From a virus (taxonomy: Duplodnaviria > Caudoviricetes), in the IMG/VR virus record IMGVR_UViG_3300025084_000099, positions 1 through 35,240 of that record: a stretch of 35,240 nt of DNA. One strand, given 5' to 3'. Each line of letters starts with the position of its first letter. The stretch's first letter is position 1. This document shows, one piece after another, positions 7,387-16,500 of the stretch. Made by a program: the position numbers and the translations under genes. Under the pieces are notes generated by a model. That model saw nothing but the letters and a program-made list of their open reading frames with translations. It did not search any database and was not told the origin of the DNA.

Positions 7387-7907
7387 TTTAGTACGAGTTT
7401 CCAAGCAATTGTTTTACGCAGACCTAGAAATAATCTAGATGTTCCTTCTGCTCTATGAGGAATATTTCCTGAAAATAGGATTGCTGAGTTAGGAACAAAC
7501 TCAGAGTAATGATATGTATCACCTATCTTAAATACTGTCTTACCATCCCACTCTTGATCCCAACTATCGTTAGCATAAAGAAGAAATGTTCTGCCTTGAT
7601 CATTGTGCCAATCCTGGTGAAAATTACCAGAAGTGCCAAATGTATGACCATTACAGTAAACAGCAGTTAGTTCATACTTTTGATTAGTCTTTTCCTCAAT
7701 AATATTTAGAAGATATTCAGTGAAGAAGAAGTCATCACCTAGATGCATCATCCAGAATGGTATCTTTCTCTCTGGATGTCCTGATGGATATGATCCATGA
7801 CCATACTCCCACTTAGGTTGATTCAATTTCTCAAGTATCAATGCAAAATCTCTACGTGTAAAGAAATTATCATATTTTACAACATCATTCATTTTTGCAA
7901 CCAGCAC
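7383..7907 (-). CDS. 2OG-Fe(II) oxygenase
   Basis: NGHTFG..G.FHQD (HxD), TFLLYAN..W...W.G.T, F...IPHRA, R.TIAWK; true start may be the second Met (7892). Confidence 0.85.
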   Translation of the reverse strand: MLVAKMNDVVKYDNFFTRRDFALILEKLNQPKWEYGHGSYPSGHPERKIPFWMMHLGDDFFFTEYLLNIIEEKTNQKYELTAVYCNGHTFGTSGNFHQDWHNDQGRTFLLYANDSWDQEWDGKTVFKIGDTYHYSEFVPNSAILFSGNIPHRAEGTSRLFLGLRKTIAWKLVLK

Positions 7908-8368
7908 ACAAATACATCTCTACGTCCTGAAATAACTCTATTCACTCTATGAATATAATTACCAGGATATATTACCGCTTTACCTCTCTGTAATTTGACA
8001 GGTGTAGAACCATCAATAATCAATTCACCTCCTTTATATCCATCATTAAGAAAACATGTCATGCTATAATCCGATTTAACACCACCACACATGGCAGCAT
8101 CATAGTGATCTCCATACATCCCACCAATATTATACTTAGTAAAATATATTTGAGATATTGCTGATATTTTAACAGGGAGATCTACTTGTGATATTATATC
8201 ACGACAATAATTATTCAAATCAACATGTCCTGGTCCATCAAATACAGTTTGACACCGTTTATCTTCTCTAGGATTGCTAATTCTTCCGTCTTTAAATGTT
8301 AAGTGATTAAAATATAGATTAATGTATTCAAGTTGTTCATCATTTAATAAATCAGTTTTGTATATCAT
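7889..8368 (-). CDS. PKHD-type (PiuC/YbiX-like) 2OG-Fe(II) hydroxylase
   Basis: FKDGR, YGDHYD, SDYSMTCFLND.YKGGEL, YP...IHRVNRV.SG.R.V.V.W. Confidence 0.88.
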   Translation of the reverse strand: MIYKTDLLNDEQLEYINLYFNHLTFKDGRISNPREDKRCQTVFDGPGHVDLNNYCRDIISQVDLPVKISAISQIYFTKYNIGGMYGDHYDAAMCGGVKSDYSMTCFLNDGYKGGELIIDGSTPVKLQRGKAVIYPGNYIHRVNRVISGRRDVFVCWLQK

Positions 8369-9315
8369 TCTTCCAATTCAGAATCATTAACATAATATCG
8401 ATCCCAATCCTCAGGAATCTTATCAGGAACACCAAGAAGTTCCATCATTTTTTTCATATTATCGTTAATCTTTCTATTTACCAATTTGTGTTTACCTGCA
8501 AGTAAATACATTTGATCTTCTCTGCTCTTCATAAAATCAGATGATGCTTCAGAATCATGCTTGACCCATTGGTTAGTATCATTTGAATCCATAAATGCAG
8601 GTGCATCAGTTACACCGTCTTCCAACTTACCATTTGGATATAGTTTTAAGTAATAATTTGGATCTCTAGGCCACTTCAATTCATAGGTATATTTAAAGTA
8701 TGCTAAACCAGATCCACCAAATCTTTCATCATTTGGTTTTACCATACTTTCTTTGCGAATCCATCTTCTCCAAGCAATCCATCTATCTCTTTCGCCTTCA
8801 TATTCTTCTTCAATATCAGGAAGAACTCTCCAATCAGACAAGTTTAACATTTCAGTTTTTTGTCTTTTAATCTTGTACCATCTCTGCTCATAGAAAATAA
8901 CTTCTTTGTCAACATCTCCAATAACTTTTTCAATTTCAAGACTTCGGATCTCAACACCAATCTCAAAAAACGTCATACATAGATCACAAAATTCTTTTGC
9001 CTGCGCTGAAGTAGCACCAGTGAAAGAATATGTTTTGTAATATGAAGTTTCTGTTTTAAAGTCGTATTGACGTTTCTGTCTTTGACAGAAATAAGTTCCA
9101 TCATCAAAATATTGAAAGAAATCAATTCTGTCATTGTCATTATGCCAGAAATCATCAACAGATTCTGTTAAAAATTTCTCTAATAAATCAGCATCTAATG
9201 CTGTTTTTTTATTATTACGATTACGATAATCGGTAGCAGCAACGTCAATTTCGACATTAGGAGTTACAAATTTGTTGATAAAATCAACTTCGATAACAAT
9301 CTTTCTTAGTTCCAT
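8365..9315 (-). CDS. Protein with a phage tail(-fibre) assembly chaperone-like domain
   Basis: RQKTEMLNLSDWRVLPD...W.AWRRWIR...WP matches the R..LL..SDW..LPD...W..YR..LR chaperone pattern; lies downstream of the fibre genes. Confidence 0.65.
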   Translation of the reverse strand: MELRKIVIEVDFINKFVTPNVEIDVAATDYRNRNNKKTALDADLLEKFLTESVDDFWHNDNDRIDFFQYFDDGTYFCQRQKRQYDFKTETSYYKTYSFTGATSAQAKEFCDLCMTFFEIGVEIRSLEIEKVIGDVDKEVIFYEQRWYKIKRQKTEMLNLSDWRVLPDIEEEYEGERDRWIAWRRWIRKESMVKPNDERFGGSGLAYFKYTYELKWPRDPNYYLKLYPNGKLEDGVTDAPAFMDSNDTNQWVKHDSEASSDFMKSREDQMYLLAGKHKLVNRKINDNMKKMMELLGVPDKIPEDWDRYYVNDSELEE

Positions 9316-9321
9316 GGGTTG

Positions 9322-9999
9322 TTAAGTGCTCTTGATGTACCATCCTGTTATGATATATTTATCTTCAGTCAATACAGTATTTCCTTTATGTGAATGCGTA
9401 TACCCAGATGGCCAAATAACAACAGTTCCTGCAGTAGGTTTAATTCTTCTTCTTTGATATAAAAATTCAGTTTCTGCTTCACCATCAGGCATGTCATTAA
9501 GATAAATCATCCAAACTAATTCTCTAGGAGCATGTGCTAGATCAGCATTTTCATGATGCCACAAATGATACCCACCTCCAGGAGGAGTTTTCTGAAATTT
9601 AATATCAGTAGATACTAATCCAGTATGTTTTAATGATTGATACTTATGAATATAATGCTTCACACAACTCTTTAGTACAGAGTTTGTTTTAGTAGATAAG
9701 TCTCTATTAGAAAAATTTAACAAAAATGCATAATCTTTTCTATTCAAATCTCCACCATACTGCTGAGAAGAATTGAATGCTATCTCTGCATTTGGACTGT
9801 ACTCTGTTGTTGCTGATGGGACCTCAATACAAGCAGTATCATAAACTGAATTTGCATATCCAATCAACTCTTCACACAATGGTCTTGGCATAAAATTTGG
9901 CCAGACACCAATAAAATCATCAAAATCAGATTTGGTAATTCTATCATCGAGCATTAATTCAAGAGGTCTATAATCTGGAACACTCAATTTTTGATTCAT
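9322..9999 (-). CDS. Cyanophage 2OG-Fe(II) oxygenase
   Basis: QKTPPGGGYHLWHHE (HxE), WMIYLND, ETEFLYQ, IWPSGYTHSHKG, KYIITGW. Confidence 0.9.
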   Translation of the reverse strand: MNQKLSVPDYRPLELMLDDRITKSDFDDFIGVWPNFMPRPLCEELIGYANSVYDTACIEVPSATTEYSPNAEIAFNSSQQYGGDLNRKDYAFLLNFSNRDLSTKTNSVLKSCVKHYIHKYQSLKHTGLVSTDIKFQKTPPGGGYHLWHHENADLAHAPRELVWMIYLNDMPDGEAETEFLYQRRRIKPTAGTVVIWPSGYTHSHKGNTVLTEDKYIITGWYIKST

Positions 10000-10001
10000 A
10001 A

Positions 10002-13000
10002 TTAATATGCCTTAATGATATATTTAGTCTTATGAAATGGGTTGATAATTGGAACTTGTCTCTGTGGTTGCATCTCAACATCAGGAGTTGGTCTCTTAAA
10101 ACTACTAGAATATTTAAACGTCCCGTTTGTTAGATCACTAAAAATTTGACCCTGAGTGAACACTACCTGAAGTTTATCGGCAGCACCACCAGATCCAGGA
10201 GCAGCAACTGCAGCTATTTCAACTATTTTATCAGCACCAATAGCATTCCAGTATGTAGTAGAGAGTACATCTCCCACACTATAACCAGAACCAGCACTTA
10301 AAATCTGATTAACACGTATTCTAGTATCATTTGCAGTACCACCTCCAGGAGAAGGCCATGCTTGATATGTAATTCTTAAACGCATACCAGATCCACTGCC
10401 ACCGATCATATCTTCATCTCTAGTTTCTTCGTCGGATGGATTAGTCCAAAAAGTCTCACCAGCTTGTCTGTAAGACCACTCACCAACGCCTGCTGAGAAA
10501 AATTGTCCCCCACCGGAATCGGCAATTCCGCCACCAGATGGCGATTTTCCTCCAGCAACAACATATCTATTAGACCACCATAGATTAAAAGTCAATAATG
10601 CACCATCAACACCACCACCTAGACCAGATCCATATGGTGTGTTGTTGCTACCTTCACCATCAAAATTACCACCAGTAAAATCAGCATTTGGATTACCAAC
10701 GGCATTTTCTGTAATTAAATGTGTATGAGTACGTGTTTGTGTTCCAGGAGCAGTATTTAAATACTGGTCGATCGCAAAAGAAGATGGTTGTGTATCAAAT
10801 ACACCACTCCAATATCTATTAGTATCACCATTAGGGGCAGTAGGCTCAAGTCTACCTCCACGATTTTGGAGATTTGCAGATGCTAGCGCAGATGCAGGAG
10901 AAATCCACCATGTTTGAAATTGGATTGAATACTCAAGGTCATCACTTTCAGGACCAAATGCCGTCGAAGTTCCACTAATAACAGAGTTATATGGAAAATT
11001 GGTAGGGAATTGTTCAATCCAACCATCAAAATCAAAATCAGAACCATAATATCTTGTCAATTCTAACTGAAAATTAGCACCAAGAGTAGTGCCAAAAAAG
11101 TTTTTCCATGCAGCTCGAATTGCCGCTGTATTTTCAGCTCCACTTGCCTCTTCAGGTGCTCTAGCATCAAATTCATCTGGGTTTGGTTGACCATATCGTG
11201 AACCTGCCATCATAGATCTACCTAATGGTTGGTTCCATGGAATACTAGCTTCTCCCTCATTACCTTCTGTAACTGCAGAAATATAGGCATGATTATGTGT
11301 GGGAGCGGCAACAGTAATAGAAGACAGACCTCCAACTTGTGCTGTGACAAAACTATTAGGATTAATTTCAAAGATAACTTGATCAGTAAGTGTTTCCAAT
11401 CCAGTTAGTCTAACTGTTCCAAGAGAGAAGAAATCACTATCCAAACTTCCTACAGCACCGGGGGGTCCTTGAACTTGATCCAAAGGATTTGATCCACGAG
11501 CACCAACCCTATTAAAATACCAAAATCCACCTTCAGCACCAGGATCATTGATACCTTTTGAAGATCCCGGAGTAATTGGCACAAATGCTGAATTACCTCT
11601 GGTACTATCTACGATACCAATGCCACACAATTTTCTGTTTCTATAATCAGGAACGTTAAATTCACTAGTAGTCTCACCATATTCTCCAGCAAGAATAGTA
11701 TATAATTCAAAATAATCATTCTTATCCAATGAACGACCATCACATGGAACAAATCCAGGATACCTATCATTATTTCCACCATCTAAATCTCCATAACTAC
11801 CTACACTTTCCTTAAGAACAGGAAGAACTGTTCCAATCGGATATCCATCAAATTTTTTAGATTTTCTACTATACCAAATAGCAGCATCAGTAGATGGAGG
11901 TGGAACTGTAGCATATGTTGTAACTTGCCAAATAAACGCATTAGGACTTCCTGTACCAAGTTGAATTGTTGTGGTTTCTGGTGTATTAAGTTGTAATGCT
12001 GCTTGTACTACAATATAGAACGAAGAATTTACAAGAGGATTAAATGTTCTTGGACCTGCTACAGGAGGATCAAAATCAATAGAAATCAATGCAGGATAAC
12101 CAGCAATACTTTCAATTGTGATTGGTCTATTAATGCCAGTGACAGTAATAGGAGCACTAGAAACAAAAGACTCAGGAATTTGATTATTTCTATTTGGTGG
12201 TGGACTCCAATCAGCATCAGTATCTGGTCCAAGACTAGTTCTCACCTGCCAGGGAGGAATCGGACGATCACCAACCTGAATTTGCATGTTTAAGGGAGTA
12301 TTAAACGAAGGTGATGATTGTAGATAAAGAGTTAATTTATCACCATTTCCTACTGTTGTGGGGAATACCCCAATAGAATCATTATTTTTCTTAACACGAA
12401 CTTTGGTAGAATTAGTAGTAACTAATACTACTGGAACCTGAACACCATCTGTCAATCCCTGGATTCCCAAAGCACTTTCAGGTTGTTCGTCTGATCCTAT
12501 AAGTGTATCTTCAATTGCATCGTTTACATTAGTAAATGAGAATTCGTTGGGATTAGTTGAAGGGTTTGCACCCGTTTCTACACTCCAAGTATCTCCATTG
12601 AGAGCATCTCCAATTGAAAGATTAGTTGTAACTGGAAATAAAGCATTGTTTGAACTCAAAATTCTTAACTGTAAGTAATCACCATTGTTCACAGTTCCAT
12701 CATTACCGGTAAAAGTTGCTCCAGAAAGAACTTGAAATCCATCTGAGTTTGTTGAAGTATTACTTGTCGATGAAATTGCCCATTCGCCATCACCACTGGT
12801 ATTAATATTAGCAGAAGCAATCAATCCCTGTATTCTAATAACCTCACTATAACAATATGTGTTTGTCGGTTGGTCTTCTAAATCTGTAAAATCTGGGAAT
12901 GGTTCCGGTTCATTTGTTGGTTGTGATAAAGTTAAGATATCCCATCTTGCACTAGATGTACCAATAACAAGTGTCAATCTTGAAAACTGTGTAGTAAACT

Positions 13001-13463
13001 CAGAAGATTTTAACCTAACTCGAATTCTTGCACCATTTTTTACAGTTATATCTCCACCACTTTGAATCCACCCTGTATCAAAACTTCCATTTCCATTATA
13101 ATCAACACGCATCGCATAATTCTCGATGCCTCCACCAAGATTAGATCCAAGTACTACAGCTGCTTGAGTGTCGGGTGTTAATCCACTTAAAGAAGTAGAT
13201 GGTATACCATCCGGTGGACGAAATACTATGTCCGTAGTATACATCGTATTAAGATCTGCCTCATCGATATCATTAAACGGAAATGGATCAGGAGTAAAAT
13301 CTTCCGGAATGGTTGTAATCAACCAAAACTGCGTTAGATCACCAATAGTAATAGTTACAGTGTTAGTGGTGTTCCACTGATTAGGTGCAATAAACCTAAA
13401 CTGTACGTAATCACCTTCTGATACGTAAAGTGGTTGATCGTTAGGTGCAAACGAATATGTCAT
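10002..13463 (-). CDS. Tail fibre/baseplate protein with N-terminal beta repeats and a tail-collar domain
   Basis: PIGTVLP...GFVPCDGRSL...YFELYTIL...YG...FNVPDYR collar motif; HxH motifs; four P..(D/N).P..F.F-type repeats; ends YIIKAY. Confidence 0.85.
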   Translation of the reverse strand: MTYSFAPNDQPLYVSEGDYVQFRFIAPNQWNTTNTVTITIGDLTQFWLITTIPEDFTPDPFPFNDIDEADLNTMYTTDIVFRPPDGIPSTSLSGLTPDTQAAVVLGSNLGGGIENYAMRVDYNGNGSFDTGWIQSGGDITVKNGARIRVRLKSSEFTTQFSRLTLVIGTSSARWDILTLSQPTNEPEPFPDFTDLEDQPTNTYCYSEVIRIQGLIASANINTSGDGEWAISSTSNTSTNSDGFQVLSGATFTGNDGTVNNGDYLQLRILSSNNALFPVTTNLSIGDALNGDTWSVETGANPSTNPNEFSFTNVNDAIEDTLIGSDEQPESALGIQGLTDGVQVPVVLVTTNSTKVRVKKNNDSIGVFPTTVGNGDKLTLYLQSSPSFNTPLNMQIQVGDRPIPPWQVRTSLGPDTDADWSPPPNRNNQIPESFVSSAPITVTGINRPITIESIAGYPALISIDFDPPVAGPRTFNPLVNSSFYIVVQAALQLNTPETTTIQLGTGSPNAFIWQVTTYATVPPPSTDAAIWYSRKSKKFDGYPIGTVLPVLKESVGSYGDLDGGNNDRYPGFVPCDGRSLDKNDYFELYTILAGEYGETTSEFNVPDYRNRKLCGIGIVDSTRGNSAFVPITPGSSKGINDPGAEGGFWYFNRVGARGSNPLDQVQGPPGAVGSLDSDFFSLGTVRLTGLETLTDQVIFEINPNSFVTAQVGGLSSITVAAPTHNHAYISAVTEGNEGEASIPWNQPLGRSMMAGSRYGQPNPDEFDARAPEEASGAENTAAIRAAWKNFFGTTLGANFQLELTRYYGSDFDFDGWIEQFPTNFPYNSVISGTSTAFGPESDDLEYSIQFQTWWISPASALASANLQNRGGRLEPTAPNGDTNRYWSGVFDTQPSSFAIDQYLNTAPGTQTRTHTHLITENAVGNPNADFTGGNFDGEGSNNTPYGSGLGGGVDGALLTFNLWWSNRYVVAGGKSPSGGGIADSGGGQFFSAGVGEWSYRQAGETFWTNPSDEETRDEDMIGGSGSGMRLRITYQAWPSPGGGTANDTRIRVNQILSAGSGYSVGDVLSTTYWNAIGADKIVEIAAVAAPGSGGAADKLQVVFTQGQIFSDLTNGTFKYSSSFKRPTPDVEMQPQRQVPIINPFHKTKYIIKAY

Positions 13464-13490
13464 TCCTTTTAGTTATGATCCCAGTTCTAT

Positions 13491-13498
13491 TATTTATT
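13491..13498 (-). promoter_or_regulatory. T4-like late promoter AATAAATA
   Basis: NATAAATA in the only sizeable intergenic gap of the fibre cluster, about 28 nt before ATG 13463. Confidence 0.65.
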
Positions 13499-13502
13499 GA
13501 CC

Positions 13503-16500
13503 CTAGATTTGTCTAACGTCATCCCAATCATCATTCTTGTTAATATCAACCTTAATTGGGTAATCTGCCTTAATTTCTACAGGAATATCAATATCATTAA
13601 TCAAATACATCTCGGATAAAATTTCTGTTTCTGGTGTATAGACAGGATCTTGATCTTTTAACTTTTCATCAGTTTCATCGACAACAAAATTATCTGGTGT
13701 TTGATCTATATTGACTATTGTTCTCGCAGTATCTTGAGCAGTTCCACCAGTTCCTGAAGCTACTATAACAAAATCTATTTGATATGGTCCAAAATTATTC
13801 CAAGGAACTGTAATTGGAACACCTGTGCCATTTGCTCTAGTATCACTAACAGTTCCACCAGAACCACCATTAATCTCAGCACTATTTGCAGAAGTTCTAT
13901 TGATTGTTGTTCCTGTTACAACAGTTCCATTCAGATATGTATATGTTGGAGTTATCTGAATACTAGTATTTGCATATTGTGTTTCATAGTCAATAGTGAA
14001 GTTAACACTATAATCTATGACTCCTGGAGCAGTAATGCTAGCAGTTGGGTTTTGATATACAGTGATCTCAATACAAGTTTCTGGAGAGACGCCACCAGGT
14101 CCACTAGCAACAACGCAATATGTTGTGGTGTCATTAGGACACACAACAGCAGAACTATTAGCATTTGTATTTGAAATGCCCCCTTGTGTCCATGAAATAC
14201 TATTTCCATCACCACTTATGCTCCAAGAAAGAGTTGTACAATTGCCATTAATAATTGACAATCCTTGACTAGATGTGAGAGAAATAGTAGGAGGAATTAA
14301 TACAGAAATAGTAATTTGTCTCGTGGTTGTTCCAGCAGGACCGTTTGCATTCAAAATATATGTTGTATCTGATGTAGGATTAACTACTGCAGAATCTACA
14401 AAATCATTAAACGAAGGTGTAATATTCAATACTCCTGGTGAAATAGATAATGTGTTGACATCACCAAATACAATCCAACTCAATGTAACAGGAGATCCTG
14501 CAATAACTTCAATATTTGAAGTATTTCCATTAGCATCTTCTGCTGTAAAGTTAGCACTGGGGGGAAGATATACAATATGACCCTCAATATATCTCTCACC
14601 AGCAGCACTAAGACTTAATACAATTTCAATACCAGCAGCAGCACAACGTGCTAAGAAATAATCATATGATGCTCTAACTGTGGATAGTCTCATTGAACCA
14701 GAAATATCAATCCAGATAGAAACAATCGTTCCATATGGCAAAGAACCAAAATTACAAATAGCAAACCAATCAGATCTACTACCAGTATTTCCTTCATCAC
14801 GATTGACACGAATTGGTCCAAATGCATTTGGATCACCTGGGAAGTTAGTAGGTACATCAATACCACTCTGTCCCGAACCTTGTGGATCCAAAAGATAAAA
14901 TGTTCTATATGGAAATGCTGTTCTAAATCCTCTACGATTATTTACACTACCACCAATAATTGGTGGGTTCTGCTGCCACACATTATTTAAATTGCCTTGA
15001 TTATTATAATAACTATTATTTGTTTCATCAATAACAGAAAGACATGTAATAAGTTTTGCTGCTTCGATTGCTGATAAGTTAGATTTTGCAATTAGGGGTG
15101 CTTCAGTTTGTAAAGACCTTGGTTTAATATAATACACTCCTGGTTTTGTTGGCATTGAATTTCCACCTACAGAATTTCCCTGAACTGCCGGTGGTGTACC
15201 AATTTGTCTTAGTTTAGTCCATTGTTGATTTGCATTTAAATCGACTAATATAGGATTATTTGATTTAACTTCTACCTGAATTTCAATATCATCAATATAA
15301 TACATCTCAGATAATACGTCTGTTTCTGGTGTATAGACAGGATCAGCATCTTTAAATAGATCACCAGTCTCATCAATGTCTATATTATCTGGTGTTTTGT
15401 CAACATTAATTAAAACTGTAAACGCTTCACTCGTTGATCCACCATTACCAGTAGCAGTAATAACATAACTTATGCTGAGTGGTCCTCTATCAGTATAAAC
15501 AATATTTGTATTATAAGTTCCACTGTAAGGAGAATTTGATCCAAATTCAGCAGAAGATGCTACATTTAAATTTGTAATAGGATCAGTAGTATTAGCAACA
15601 TAATCATAATTGTAAGTAGCAGACAATGTTACTGATGTATTTGCATAATCTCCTTCATATTCAATTATTGCTTGCTGACCGTAATCGATTACCGCAGGAT
15701 AATCTACAATTAAAGTTGGGGGATAGTATACAATTAATTCTATAGATGCTATTGGAGATGTTCCACCAAGACCAGTAACGTATCCACTGTAAGTTGTAGT
15801 AACAGATGGACTAAGAGATACATTACTGTTTAAATTTGCGTTTATAATACCACCAGCAACCCAGTATAACGAATCACCATCTCCCGTGATACTCCAAGAA
15901 AGATTTGTACTGCCATTAACAATAATAGATGGACTATTTAAAACGAGAATAAGTACAGGTGGAATGTAGACTACAACAGATACCGTATCAGTATCCGTCA
16001 AACCACCATAACCAACAACAGTTAATGTATATGTTGTATCATCACTAGGGAAAACATCGATAAAACTATCGGGAACAGTAACTGCATTAACACCATTATT
16101 AATACTACCACTAAGAGAATTTGTAGATGTCCATGTTAATCTTGTGCTCTCCCCTGCAATGATAGGCGAGGGACTAACAGTAAAACTATCGATAGTTGGC
16201 GCACCTATATCCCATCTCACTCTAGCAGATCCATCGCCAAAATTTTGTGATCCTGAATTATAATTGAAACTACAATAACTATTGTCATAAGCAGATTGCC
16301 CACCATTGCCACCAACACCCCCTCTATTATTGTCAAGTCCAAAGTTTCCCCCAGATCCACCAGTTGCCCCGCCACCGCCGCCGCCGCCGCCACCGCCGTC
16401 AGTAGGGCACGAAGAACCATTATTACCATTACTAATACTGTTTACATTTCCGGTATTCATTCCCGTTCCTGTACGTCCACCAGTAGCACTAACATTCCAG

